Made by a program: the position numbers and the translations under genes
The notes under the pieces: model-generated
Seen by the model: the letters and a program-made list of their open reading frames with translations, nothing else
The model's database searches: none
Told to the model about the DNA's origin: nothing
From: Nitrosopumilus sp.
Lineage (GTDB): Archaea > Thermoproteota > Nitrososphaeria > Nitrososphaerales > Nitrosopumilaceae
Reading direction: 5' to 3'
DNA length: 64,000 nt
NCBI GenBank assembly: GCA_965197525.1
Contig: OZ240211.1
Coordinates: forward strand, 480,001 to 544,000
In this document: positions 51,800-63,079 of the stretch, in pieces
How positions within the stretch are numbered: the first letter of the stretch is position 1
Layout of the letters: every line of letters begins with the position of its first letter

Positions 51800-53479
51800 T
51801 CAATAAAGATAACTCATTAATTTAATCTCTTCTTCAGTGCTAATGATGTTTTTAGCTGTTAGAACTTCTAACAGATCCTTAAAAAGTGCTTTTTGCTCAC
51901 TAGACATTCCACCGGTAGGACCCTTATCACCTGGTAATCCCGGAGGACCTCGTGGGCCTGGAGGACCTAATGGGCCTTGCTCACCTGGAGGACCTTGCTC
52001 ACCTAGAGGGCCTAATGGGCCTTTTGAACCTCGCTCTCCTTGAGGACCCTGAATTCCTTGTGGGCCTTGTGGGCCTTTCTCACCTGCAGGACCGGTAGGA
52101 CCTCGCTCTCCTTGGGAACCTTGTGGGCCTTGTGGGCCTTTGGCGCCTACAGGACCTAGTGGGCCGGTAGAGCCTCGCTCTCCAATCTGTCCGACACGTC
52201 CCTTCTCACCTCGCTCACCCTGTATTCCTGGAACGCCTGTCATTCCTTTCTCACCTGGAGGACCTTGTGGGCCTTGTGGACCAGTCTCACCTTGTGGACC
52301 ATCAACGCCCTTGTTTCCTTTCTCACCGGGGGGACCAGTTGGACCTGCTAGTCCTTTTGGACCTTTGTCGCCTTGTGGACCCGTAACACCTGTTAATCCT
52401 TTTGAGCCTGTGGCGCCCTGCGGGCCTTGTAGACCCTTCTCACCTGGAGAACCTTTGTCACCAGTTGGGCCTTTCTCACCCGTAGCACCTTGTGGGCCAA
52501 GTAAACCTTGTGGACCTTTGTCGCCTTTGATTCCAACAGGACCTGTTAATCCTTTTGAACCCACAGGACCGGGGGAACCTTGCGGACCTTTGTCGCCCGG
52601 AGAACCGAGTTGGCCTGTAGGGCCTTTTGAACCCTTATCCCCCATATGACCATGAGGACCTTTGTCACCTATAGGGCCTTTGTCACCAGTTGGACCCTTG
52701 GTGCCCACAGGACCTGCAGGACCTTGCAGTCCTTTGTCACCCTGAATTCCAGGAAAGCCAGTTGGGCCCTTTTCACCAGCAGGTCCAGGTGGACCGGTAA
52801 GTCCTTTGTCACCAGGCATGCCCTGTGGGCCTTTGTCACCCTTATCGCCAATAACCCCGCGTAAACCAAGAGGGCCTTTGTCGCCAAGAGGACCTTTGTC
52901 ACCTGGAGGACCACGCTCACCTTGCACACCTGAAGGTCCAGATGGACCTTTGTCACCTTTAGAACCCATACGTCCAGAGGATCCAGTAGAAACGGCAATA
53001 TCAGATGAGCCTTCAGGCGTGGATGGTTTTTGTCGTCCAGATGAGGGTTTGGTAATAGTAGAAGAGGAGGAGGAGGAAGAGGAAGATGCAGGAGGAACAA
53101 TAGACATGCCAGATTTAACATCATGTGTAGCAGAAGCATCTGCATCCTTGCTGGATTTATCAGTTTTTAGAGCCTTCTTTTTCAAAGAGACCTCAAATAC
53201 AGTATGTGCAGAAGAGAACGAATCATATGCGACAATCCAAATTTTATCTAGTGCGTCAATTGACGGAGGCAGTGGATTTAGTGCAGACCCCAGCGTTTCA
53301 AAAAACACGCCATCGCGTACGCGTAGATGAAAGTGGTCTTTCCAGAGATATTTGAACTGTTTTGACATTATGGAATCATCAGTAGGCTTGGATGTTGTGA
53401 TAGCAATTTCAGTCTCATAGACTCCAGGCTGGGTTATTGGCGCAGGTCCGCTTACCTCTAACTTTGATGCAGATGACAC
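51800..53479 (-). CDS. Collagen triple-helix repeat protein
   Basis: About 119 uninterrupted Gly-X-Y triplets, a small N-terminal domain, a Ser-rich linker and a short helical C-terminus. No signal peptide. Confidence 0.9.
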   Translation of the reverse strand: MSSASKLEVSGPAPITQPGVYETEIAITTSKPTDDSIMSKQFKYLWKDHFHLRVRDGVFFETLGSALNPLPPSIDALDKIWIVAYDSFSSAHTVFEVSLKKKALKTDKSSKDADASATHDVKSGMSIVPPASSSSSSSSSTITKPSSGRQKPSTPEGSSDIAVSTGSSGRMGSKGDKGPSGPSGVQGERGPPGDKGPLGDKGPLGLRGVIGDKGDKGPQGMPGDKGLTGPPGPAGEKGPTGFPGIQGDKGLQGPAGPVGTKGPTGDKGPIGDKGPHGHMGDKGSKGPTGQLGSPGDKGPQGSPGPVGSKGLTGPVGIKGDKGPQGLLGPQGATGEKGPTGDKGSPGEKGLQGPQGATGSKGLTGVTGPQGDKGPKGLAGPTGPPGEKGNKGVDGPQGETGPQGPQGPPGEKGMTGVPGIQGERGEKGRVGQIGERGSTGPLGPVGAKGPQGPQGSQGERGPTGPAGEKGPQGPQGIQGPQGERGSKGPLGPLGEQGPPGEQGPLGPPGPRGPPGLPGDKGPTGGMSSEQKALFKDLLEVLTAKNIISTEEEIKLMSYLY

Positions 53480-53595
53480 AATGTTCGTAGGCGCTTCATG
53501 TATTTTTGTATTTAGATCGTCTATGTTGATGCCAAATATGGGATATAATTTCCATTAAGATTGGTATTTAACTAGATAATGTCATAATTTGAGCT

Positions 53596-54717
53596 GTGAA
53601 GAAACTATTTGGTAAAAAATCAAAGGAAGAAAAAGAACCAAAAGAGAAGATAATTCCAAAAGAGAGAAGTTTGATAGATTCAGACTATAACCGCAAGAGA
53701 TTGTTCAAAAAGGGAATTAACCTGATGGCAGATGAAAAGTTAGAAGAAGCAGTAGATGTATTTCAGCAAGCACTACGAATTGAGCCAGACAATATTGAAA
53801 CACTGATGAAGTTAGGATATGCGAGATTTCATCTAGATGATCATTCAGAGGCATTGCGGATTTATGATAGAATTTTAGAAATCGATGTGGCCAATCCCGA
53901 AGCATGGAATCTAAAAGGACTAGTACATTATGAACAAAAAAAATATGCTAAAGCATTAGATGCGGTAGAAAAAGCAATAGAGTCAGATCCAACATACGGA
54001 ATGGCATGGTATAATCATGCATGTTTCTTGTCACTGTTAAATCAGGTTCCAGAATCACTTGAGTCATTAAAACGTTCTATTGAGATAGATGTAAAAAATG
54101 CAAGAAGATCAATACGTGATAAAGATTTTGTAAATGTGCGAATTGAAGAAGGGTTCAAAAGAATACAAGAAGTGGTGGTTTTGGAATCAATTAAACAAGG
54201 ATATCACACACTTGGTGCAATTGTATGGCCAACATTTCTTGATAAAGCAGACGCAGAAAACGCATTAAAAAAATTATTAGAGAAAGGATTAATTGTACAA
54301 AATGAAAAACGTGAGGGTTTAAGCAGGATTCCAGTTTATGATCTTGCAGACAACGTAGCAGAAAAAATAGGCAAGGAGAAAAAAGGATTATTTGGAATTA
54401 CCAGAAAAACATTACCCAAACCAATAAAACACTTAAAAGAACTAGGACAGGCAATTCAAGCGGTCAAAGAAGCCATAGAAGATGAAGATCTAGAAAAGAC
54501 CACAAAGTGCTTTGATGTATTCATAGATCCTGCAAAGTCAGGTGAGCAGATGATTGAGATTTTCTTTGATGAACACAGAGAGATAAGATTGTGGAAGATT
54601 AGGTTAAAGGACAGAGGTGTAGACTATCTAATCGATAACAAAGAAAAGATGTTGACTCTATTTGATAACATAGAAGGTACTGTAACTAAAAAACTTCGTA
54701 ACGAGATATCATCCTAG
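53596..54717 (+). CDS. TPR-repeat protein
   Basis: TPR motifs (ALRIEPDN, NPEAWNLKG, MAWYNHAC). Confidence 0.88.
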   Translation: MKKLFGKKSKEEKEPKEKIIPKERSLIDSDYNRKRLFKKGINLMADEKLEEAVDVFQQALRIEPDNIETLMKLGYARFHLDDHSEALRIYDRILEIDVANPEAWNLKGLVHYEQKKYAKALDAVEKAIESDPTYGMAWYNHACFLSLLNQVPESLESLKRSIEIDVKNARRSIRDKDFVNVRIEEGFKRIQEVVVLESIKQGYHTLGAIVWPTFLDKADAENALKKLLEKGLIVQNEKREGLSRIPVYDLADNVAEKIGKEKKGLFGITRKTLPKPIKHLKELGQAIQAVKEAIEDEDLEKTTKCFDVFIDPAKSGEQMIEIFFDEHREIRLWKIRLKDRGVDYLIDNKEKMLTLFDNIEGTVTKKLRNEISS

Positions 54718-54831
54718 TATTCAGTAAAGAAGCAGAGTCATTGGATAACCACAAGATACAGATGATTTAACGTACATTGACTAGGAAAAAAATGAACGTA
54801 TAATTTTGTAGCAAGAGCGAGATTATTGGTC

Positions 54832-56637
54832 TCAGGCAGCGCATTCGCCTTTTCCAGTCTTTGTATGGTAGCTAGTGTCATTACCATAATCAAGATAAAA
54901 GTCAGGATCATCTTGTTTTGTAGGGGGAATGACTAGGGGTGCTAATATTTTTTTGATATCAAGAATGGATGTAATCTGGGAGTCTTCATTATCATTTACA
55001 ACCCTATGAATCCAGGACTTTAGAGTGTCATCGGATTTTTTATTCTCTTTGAATAACTCGATGATCTTCAGTATAACAGGTATGACTCTTTTTGCCGGAA
55101 CACGAAGGCATATTTTTCCAAGCATGGTATCACCATCAGAGCGCCCACCCAATGACATCTGATAGTTTGCATACATGTCCTTCCCAATGCGTCCTCCGCC
55201 GCCAAAGAATCCAATAGTTGCAATACCGTGCTGGCCACAAGAGTTAGGACAGCCACTTATCTTTATAGAGGAATCATATAGATCCTCGTCTTCGTCGAAT
55301 TTTAATTCAAGGAGCTTTCTTTGAATCTCTTTTGCTAATCTGTGAGAATTTGTCAAGGCAAGATTGCACGAGGTAGTACCAGAGCATCCAATAGGTGTAG
55401 TCATGGTTAACGCACCAGATTTTGCCAGTCCTACCTGAATCAGGGCAGAGTACAAACGTGGCAGGTCGTCCTCATGCACAAAGCGTAATGAAATGTTTTG
55501 TGAAAAACCACACCTAGCCTTACCTTCAGCAGAAAAGTTACGAATTATATCAGCCAGCGAATGTAGCTGACTGGCAGTAATGTCACCTGCCTCCAAAGTT
55601 AAAAATGCACTACGATATCCTGGCTGCGATTGTTTTTCAGTATTAGTCTTTAGCCACCGAGCATATCCTTCTAAAGGTCCGTCGCCGCCGCTCTCGTCTG
55701 ATATTGTAATTGGTCGCTTTATGTCAGCCGGGGTAGTGTTAATATCCAATTGCGTAACTATTGATTGAGTACTCCTTACAAGAGCCCTCTCTTTGAGAAC
55801 AAGATTCTTGAACTTTTCCCAGCCCATATCGTTGACAAGATAACGCATTCTATTTCGTGCGAGATTTTTCCTATCGCCTAATCTGTCAAATATTCTCAAT
55901 ACAGAAATAGATGTATACAACAGATCATCTTCAGGTGTAAATTCTTCTAGTTGATGTCCTACAAATGACTTGTTTCCCAATCCTCCACCTAGAAAAATTT
56001 TGAATCCTCTTTGAGATACGCCATCGATTTGACGAATCTGTGGAGCTAATCCAACATCAACCATTCTTACCATGCCATGTTTCTCACAACAAGTAAAATT
56101 GAACTTGAATTTACGTGGAAGAGATTGTGCCATTGGGTTCCTTAAAAAGAATTTTGCAGTTGCAAGCGCATAAGGAGTTGAATCAAATAACTCATCAGGA
56201 CATACACCAGACAATGGGCTGCACATGACATTTCTTACAGAGTTTCCGCATGCCTCTCGAGATGTCAAGCCAACTTCGGCAAGACCCCGAAATATTTCAG
56301 AGACATCCTCAAGTACCACCCAGTGAAGCTGAATATTCTCCCGAGTGGAGAAATGTGCGCTTCCAATAGAGTACTGTTCACTTAGTTGAGATATCTTTTC
56401 GAGTTGTTCGGGATACACCTCGCCTGCAGGGAGTTTGATTCTTACCATTGCATAGTCAGAGGTCATCCTAGTGCCATACGCTCCGTGCTGGAGTCTAAAT
56501 CGTCTGAAACTATCCTCAGAGTACTTGCCCTGACGGAATAATTTTACTGTGGCAGCAAAGTTATCGGCCTCTTCAATTCTAGCCCAATTGATAGAGGGTT
56601 TTGAAATATGTTGTACTTTGGTATCAGACAAGGTCAA
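54832..56637 (-). CDS. Ferredoxin-dependent nitrite/sulfite reductase (siroheme, 4Fe-4S)
   Basis: RLQHGAYG, STRENIQ, LPRKFK and CSGTTSC...GCPNSCG motifs. Confidence 0.92.
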   Translation of the reverse strand: MTLSDTKVQHISKPSINWARIEEADNFAATVKLFRQGKYSEDSFRRFRLQHGAYGTRMTSDYAMVRIKLPAGEVYPEQLEKISQLSEQYSIGSAHFSTRENIQLHWVVLEDVSEIFRGLAEVGLTSREACGNSVRNVMCSPLSGVCPDELFDSTPYALATAKFFLRNPMAQSLPRKFKFNFTCCEKHGMVRMVDVGLAPQIRQIDGVSQRGFKIFLGGGLGNKSFVGHQLEEFTPEDDLLYTSISVLRIFDRLGDRKNLARNRMRYLVNDMGWEKFKNLVLKERALVRSTQSIVTQLDINTTPADIKRPITISDESGGDGPLEGYARWLKTNTEKQSQPGYRSAFLTLEAGDITASQLHSLADIIRNFSAEGKARCGFSQNISLRFVHEDDLPRLYSALIQVGLAKSGALTMTTPIGCSGTTSCNLALTNSHRLAKEIQRKLLELKFDEDEDLYDSSIKISGCPNSCGQHGIATIGFFGGGGRIGKDMYANYQMSLGGRSDGDTMLGKICLRVPAKRVIPVILKIIELFKENKKSDDTLKSWIHRVVNDNEDSQITSILDIKKILAPLVIPPTKQDDPDFYLDYGNDTSYHTKTGKGECAA

Positions 56638-56778
56638 TGTAAAGAAAATCCATAGAGCGGTTATAAATTTTTAAGAATAGGATATTATTGACTAAAAAAT
56701 TTGTAAATATACAGAATATTCCTATTTTAACGCATAATACTCAAACATCCATATCATATTTTGAAGATATTGTATAGG

Positions 56779-58129
56779 GGTTCTGTCTAATCATAGTGAG
56801 ATAAAATCTAAACTCCGAAAAAAAGTTTTGTTGTAATATTAACAAAGTGTCTTTTTCCCATCAGTTGACTTTGACATATCGACTATTTGGATTACCGGTG
56901 TACAGGGTTCCAACATCGCTAACTCAAAAACATTAGACTTCGCTTCACTTATGCCAACTCTACTATCCCTAAACCTAGGGGACAGTTTGTGAGGTATATT
57001 TATAGCAGCAATAACGTCTCTGTCCATAAACAACCCACAATTATTGCACGACTTTTTACGATGGTGTTGCAAGTCCTCTTGGAGTTTCTTTCCGCATCTT
57101 GGACATTGCGAGCTCGTGTTTTTTGGGTCTACAAATTTTACTGGAAGCCCTACCCATTGGGCTTTGTATTGTATTTGTCTTTGAAATTCAAAGAATTGCC
57201 ATCCGTTTAATCTACGTCTGTACTTGTTACCTTGACCATTGCCTTTCTTGTATAATTTTCTTATTCCTTTTAGATCTTCTAGAATAATCATGGTTTTGTT
57301 TTTGACTGCTCGTTCTACAATATCTTTTGAGATTCTATGTATGTATTGTTTGGTTCTTTGAGACATTCTTCTCTGCTTTATCTTCCAGAACTGATCTTTC
57401 TTTCTACGGTCATTTCTATGAAATCCAGCTCTAGCGTGTATTGTATTTTCTTTAATTGATAGTAATTTATTTGTCTTGTATACTATAACTTTTTTCTCAT
57501 TCCCACAAGTGACATTTCTAAGATTTCTGTCTAATTCCTACCGGTACATTAGTACATTCTATTTCTTCAACTTTTTTTGAAACACAAAAACTGATACTTT
57601 TTTCATTCATAATAAATGATCTTATATTTAAATCAGGATTAGATAGTATTTTTTGAGTGTGATCATTTAATAATATGTTTATGGGGTTTCTATTTTTGTA
57701 TGGTATTGTCATTAAACTACCATTATGTTTGATACCATAACAATTTGTAATAAATAACTTTTTTACAACTAGGTCTCTTACTGTAACACCACGCTTTATT
57801 GACTGTTTTCTGTTAGATAGTATGCCAACAGCACGTGATATTGCATTTATTTTATATGAACCTAAAACATCATAGTCTCTAAATTCATGATAACAAAGTG
57901 GAGACAACTGTTTCAAACTATGTACGTCTTCTCTTAACCCTATTCTAATGGAACGATTTACCATTTTTATGAATATCTCCATCAACTCTTTTAGATCAGA
58001 ATTTGGTGTATGTTTCTGTGTTATTGATTTTAATGCCTTCATACTACTAGAACATGTTTTATTTTTTTAATAAAGGTACTTTTTTTGAAATTATTTTTAT
58101 TCTTTGCCACTTGATAATCCAATAAAACC
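56779..58129 (-). mobile_element. Diverged TIR-bounded tnpB element E6 (1,351 bp)
   Basis: Right end GGTTCTGTCTAATC at 56779. Left end GGTTTTATTGGATTATCAAG at 58129 (16/20 to the E4 TIR). Confidence 0.8.
56839..58042 (-). pseudogene. tnpB: Frameshifted tnpB
   Basis: ORFs 57518..58042 and 56839..57366 join if one extra T (GGAATTAGAC vs GGAATAGAC) is removed just before the RuvC-I Asp codon. Confidence 0.88.
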
Positions 58130-58205
58130 ATTATTTGTTATTGTAAATCTAGATAAAAATTTATCTCCCTATAAATAGACAGAACACTGTATAGGTAAGT
58201 ATTAA

Positions 58206-59048
58206 TTGTTTATGCTACAAGAATACAATATGCAAAAGGCGACCATAGCAGAGCAATCAACTAAGATATTTACAGATGTTCGTGAAGTAGATATTACACG
58301 TGCAATTGCAGATGAATTTCACAGTGTACTCGTCGATAGAGCAGATTCAGATGTTATAATAATTGGAGCAGGGCCTGCAGGGCTAACTGCAAGCAGAGAA
58401 CTATCAAACATGGGTTTTAAAGTTCTAGTCATTGAACAAAATAACTATCTAGGAGGAGGTTATTGGCTGGGAGGATATATGATGAATCCAGTCACAGTAA
58501 GAGAACCGGCACAGAAGATTTGGGATGAGCTGGGAATACCCTACAAAAAAGTTGCAGATGGATTGTATTTGACGCCAGGTCCACATGCCGTATCAAAATT
58601 GATTGCAGCAGCATGTGATGCAGGAGTAAAGTTCCTCAATCTTACAAAATTCGACGATCTAGTTATGAAAAATAATAGGGTTGCAGGAATTGTAGTTAAC
58701 TGGATGCCGGTATCAGCATTACCACGCAACATTACATGTGTAGATCCAGTTGCATTTGAGGCAAAGATAATCATTGATGCATCAGGCCATGATTCAGTAG
58801 CTGTAAAAAGATTGGTAGATAGAGGACTAGTCAACTGGAAAGGAATGAACCCAATGTATGTCAACGAAGGAGAAGAACACGTGGTAAACAAGACAGGCGA
58901 GGTATACCCAGGACTAATTGCAGCAGGGATGTCAGTGACTGAAACACACGGATTGGCAAGGATGGGACCTACATTTGGTTCAATGCTTTACTCTGGTAAA
59001 AAAGCAGCAGATATTACAGCAATGAAGATCAAAGAGATGGAAAGATAA
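58206..59048 (+). CDS. thi4: Thiazole synthase Thi4 (Cys-type)
   Basis: GAGPAG, GGGYWLGG, TCVDP, ARMGPTFGSM motifs. Confidence 0.93.
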   Translation: MFMLQEYNMQKATIAEQSTKIFTDVREVDITRAIADEFHSVLVDRADSDVIIIGAGPAGLTASRELSNMGFKVLVIEQNNYLGGGYWLGGYMMNPVTVREPAQKIWDELGIPYKKVADGLYLTPGPHAVSKLIAAACDAGVKFLNLTKFDDLVMKNNRVAGIVVNWMPVSALPRNITCVDPVAFEAKIIIDASGHDSVAVKRLVDRGLVNWKGMNPMYVNEGEEHVVNKTGEVYPGLIAAGMSVTETHGLARMGPTFGSMLYSGKKAADITAMKIKEMER

Positions 59049-59238
59049 GCGATAACAAAGTTCAGATATAATGTAACATGTTCAAAAACTAGATTTTTTT
59101 CAAATAACATCCAGATCAAGCACAAAAATAGATGCAGTTAGAAGATTGTGAAAATAACGTACGACGAATACGAACTAGGAAAAACAAAGGATAAAAGTAG
59201 AAAAAAATGAATAGCGTGTCATCTGCAGATGATCGGCA

Positions 59239-60093
59239 ATGCCTGAAATATCTAAGATTATTTTATATGACGAGGCGGCAGTTTCTGAAACTCAACTAGA
59301 CGACATAAAGAAATTCATAGCTGATACGTTTTCAATAAAGGTAGAATCAAAAAGAGGCATAGTTCAAACACTGAATAACTCAGATGACAAAAATAAGATA
59401 TTAGAAGAAATATCAAGTACAAAAATTTTTGATTTAAAAAAACAGTTTCAAAAACAAAAAAATGTTTTGGCAAATACGAATATACAAACAGAGATAGTAA
59501 AAAAAAATATCATAAATAACAGTGTGGCAGCAATAAAAGAAAGCAATAATGCAATGACGACATTGTATGACGGATTTGAATTACAAAAGACTATTACAAA
59601 ATTCCTTCCAAAAGACGAGGATGCGATAGATATCTTGCATGTAATTGTTACAAACAAACTTGTATGTACATTTGATGATGAAGACTATAGATATCATGCA
59701 AGAGCGTTAATTAGCGCAAATCCCACGATAATTTCAACAAGCGGGATTGTTGAAGCTCCTGCAAAGCCAAAGCAATACTATATTGACATGATTACATGCT
59801 ATTCAAAAGAGCAGAGCCGAGAGATCAATGCAAGATATCAAGATGAGTTTTTAAAATATAATGATTCAAGATTAAACGATGTCATAAAAGGATACGTGCT
59901 ACAGGCCATAATATATTATTATTATGCAGAAGAAGCATTTTGTAAGAATAAAGAATGTAGACTGTTTAATGCACATTGGCAAAAAGATCTGATTTATTCA
60001 CAGGTTACAAACAAAAAGTTTTGTAAAAAACATGCAGATATGATAGATAAACTCAAGGATAGATGTTCTGCAAAGTCAGCTGGAGACAAATAG
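59239..60093 (+). CDS. Thaumarchaeal DUF6775-type putative metallopeptidase
   Basis: DYRYHARALI, GIVEAPAKPKQYY and CRLFNAHWQ motifs recalled for this family. Confidence 0.65.
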   Translation: MPEISKIILYDEAAVSETQLDDIKKFIADTFSIKVESKRGIVQTLNNSDDKNKILEEISSTKIFDLKKQFQKQKNVLANTNIQTEIVKKNIINNSVAAIKESNNAMTTLYDGFELQKTITKFLPKDEDAIDILHVIVTNKLVCTFDDEDYRYHARALISANPTIISTSGIVEAPAKPKQYYIDMITCYSKEQSREINARYQDEFLKYNDSRLNDVIKGYVLQAIIYYYYAEEAFCKNKECRLFNAHWQKDLIYSQVTNKKFCKKHADMIDKLKDRCSAKSAGDK

Positions 60094-60164
60094 TTTTGTT
60101 GAGAAACCATACCATAGGGCACAAAATGTTAAAAAATACAAAAAATCATTCTTCAAGTAATAAA

Positions 60165-61178
60165 TTACTCTACAACCGACGAACCAAATACATAACCTAA
60201 TCTAAGAACAAGCCAAATACGTTCTGACTCTTCATCAGCTGTATCAGGATCGTCATAGACTATCCAAGTCCGACGATGATCTTGAAGATCAGCCATAATA
60301 TCTTCAGACGAACGTGCTGTATTATCAAGTATGTCTGATGTTTGTCCTTTGGCGTTTTGGTCAGAACCATCTGCCACTATGGTGTAATCATCAGAGTCCA
60401 AGACAAACAAGTGGTTGGTACTAGTACTGCTGTCTAATCCATTAATAGTTGCAAATGTTAGTGTTGTGCCCTTGTCTCTGAACAGATCAAGGTATTCATC
60501 AACTATATTTTGAGCTCTAACGGCAGAGGTCAGATAGTATCCGGAACCAAATATGTAATCATCATGTAATAACAGTCGAGTATGTTTGATGTGAGGGGTA
60601 TTATTAAACTCAATAGTATATTCAACCCAAGTAGCGCCGTTAAGTGCAAGATCTTCTAGTATCTAGCTGTTCGGCCTGTCAGGATTTGCAAGAATATCTA
60701 AAAGCGGTACAGGAACATCATCACCTGCATCAGATACAATATTCATGTCAGAATCCAGTATGAATGGGAACGTGGGACCAAGATACAATAGCGTAGGCAA
60801 GTTCAAATAATAAATGATGCCAGGAAGTGCATCATATAAATTTGCGTATGCTTTTGTTAGAGATTCAACTATAAGTTTAGAAGGAACATAGTAGCCAGAA
60901 CCATAGTAGCCATTGCTATAAACTAGTGTGGCTTCTTTGTGTTGTATTGTATTAGTTGCAGGATTGATAAATGGATATCTTAATATTATTTCATCAGATA
61001 ATGCGCGAAAATCAAACCTATCTACGTTAATATTTCCATTGAAGAGGAAATCACTAGCGTTTGTGTTTACAAGATCAGGATATGCACCTTCTGCAACCAC
61101 GGTTAATGTATCAGCATCAATAACAAACGGATATGGCGAATCATCAACACTATTCAATCCGTTGATGGTATCAAACAC
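60165..61178 (-). pseudogene. Tandem Cache-domain protein, 5'-truncated with an in-frame TAG
   Basis: Three repeats ending YYGSGYY, YIFGSGYY and YVFGS. TAG at 60663-65 is followed by in-frame ILEDLALNGATWVEY that joins ORF 60165..60410. Confidence 0.7.
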
Positions 61179-61348
61179 TGCTTGTCCGTCATGATATTAA
61201 ATAATGACTAGTACCATATGGATTGAATTGTAAATCCGCGCATTACTATAGCATAATTCAAATCTCCATTTGATTGGGCCCTCGAGATTGTTTCTGACTA
61301 ATGAGAATAGTATATTGACTTAAATTATTGAAAGAAAAGATATAGCAT

Positions 61349-62374
61349 ATGATGGCAGCAGATGCTGGAACGACAGCAATGATACAAACAAAGGGAGACG
61401 AGGGAGGCAAAGACAAAGGGCCAGCAGTGCCAGAGAGGAAAAAGACAAAATTCGATGTTATAATCATTGGAGCAGGCCCTTCAGGATATACTGCAGGAAT
61501 TTACTGTTCTAGAGCAGGGTATGAAACCTTGATTTTATCAGGAATACTACCAGGAGGGCAGCTAGTCAACACAACAGACGTAGAGAACTATCCGGGATTT
61601 GAAGATGGTATAATGGGTCCAGATTTGATGATCGAGATGAGAAAACAAACTCAAAGAATGGGAACAACGATTATCGATGATGAGGTAGTAGATGTAGATT
61701 TTAGACGAAGACCGTTAAAAGTACTAACAGCATCAGAAGAATACGAAGGACGTGCTGTCATCATTGCAACAGGTGCAAATCCAAAAAAGATGGGGTTAGA
61801 AGGAGAGACAACATTTGCAGGAAAAGGTGTATCGTACTGTGCAACATGCGATGGGCCATTCTTTAGAAATCAGGAAATAATAGTTGTTGGAGGGGGAGAC
61901 TCTGCAATAGAAGAAGCAACATTTTTGACAAAATTTGCAACTAACGTACATCTAGTACATAGACGAGATGAATTACGTGCCAGTAAGGTAATGCAGAAAA
62001 GAGCAACGAATAATGAAAAGATAAAGTTCCATTGGAATTCAGTTATAACTCAAATAAATGGAGATCAGAAGATGAAACAAGTGACGTTAAAGAACATCAA
62101 GACAGACAAAGAGACAGTACTTGATGCAGGTGCTTTGTTTGTTGCAATTGGACATACACCAAATACAAAATTATTCAGTAGTCAAATTGAACTAGATGAA
62201 CAAGGATACATCATATTAAAAGAAAAAACATCTACCAATATTCAAGGAGTCTTTGCAGCAGGTGATGTGCATGACAAGAATTATCGACAAGCAGTTACAG
62301 CAGCAGGATATGGATGTATGGCAGCAATTGATGTTGACAAGTATCTCACAGAAAGTGTAGATACACAAGAATGA
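61349..62374 (+). CDS. trxB: Thioredoxin-disulfide reductase
   Basis: GAGPSG, CATCDG, GGGDSA and FAAGDV motifs. Confidence 0.96.
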   Translation: MMAADAGTTAMIQTKGDEGGKDKGPAVPERKKTKFDVIIIGAGPSGYTAGIYCSRAGYETLILSGILPGGQLVNTTDVENYPGFEDGIMGPDLMIEMRKQTQRMGTTIIDDEVVDVDFRRRPLKVLTASEEYEGRAVIIATGANPKKMGLEGETTFAGKGVSYCATCDGPFFRNQEIIVVGGGDSAIEEATFLTKFATNVHLVHRRDELRASKVMQKRATNNEKIKFHWNSVITQINGDQKMKQVTLKNIKTDKETVLDAGALFVAIGHTPNTKLFSSQIELDEQGYIILKEKTSTNIQGVFAAGDVHDKNYRQAVTAAGYGCMAAIDVDKYLTESVDTQE

Positions 62375-62533
62375 TTTGATGTCAACAAGTATTTTAAAAA
62401 TTTACAACTTGATATATAGATAGAACACTATATTGTATCAAGGAAAATAATAGAGATAACTAGGATTATAGGATGAGACAGTATATTAAAAATAAAAATT
62501 CAAATTCTTATTACATGTATAAATATACAAAGT

Positions 62534-63007
62534 ATGAAAGAGAAGACAAATGATCAAAGAAAACAAATGAAAGAATGCAGTGATGTATTAGCAGAGATAG
62601 GATCAGAATTAGCCAATATACAATTTAGTTACAAGGTAAAAGAGATAGCCTCAAAGGAGTATTGGGAAAGCAGAATTGACCATTTTAAGAGATATACCGA
62701 AAAAGGATTAGAATATTACAATCAAGCGTATAACATGATGAATATGATAAATAGATATGAGGCACAGATGTTTTTATTAAATATAAGTAAATTCAGACAA
62801 CAAAGTAAGGCATTAGTTAAAGTTATGGAAAAGATAATTGAGAATCCATCAATAATCGATTATAAAGATAAACAGCAAAGCAGATGGAGTAGAGAGATCA
62901 AAAATCGGATAATACAGGATAGCGATAATGCTTTACAGCATGAAAAGAGAATGAACACCATATTTAGAGAATTTTGTGATAAACATTTGAAAGATATGGA
63001 AAAGTAA
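62534..63007 (+). CDS. Hypothetical helical protein
   Basis: 157-aa ORF with typical composition. Confidence 0.65.
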   Translation: MKEKTNDQRKQMKECSDVLAEIGSELANIQFSYKVKEIASKEYWESRIDHFKRYTEKGLEYYNQAYNMMNMINRYEAQMFLLNISKFRQQSKALVKVMEKIIENPSIIDYKDKQQSRWSREIKNRIIQDSDNALQHEKRMNTIFREFCDKHLKDMEK

Positions 63008-63079
63008 TCATTATTGTTGAATTAGCGGGTTATCAAGACTGTTGTTGTTGTTGTTATTGCCATCTATTGCTATTGTTGT

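Noticed and set aside
60663-60665. Pyrrolysine/amber read-through
   Set aside because: No pyl genes in view, TAG is an ordinary stop elsewhere in the window, and the gene is also 5'-truncated.
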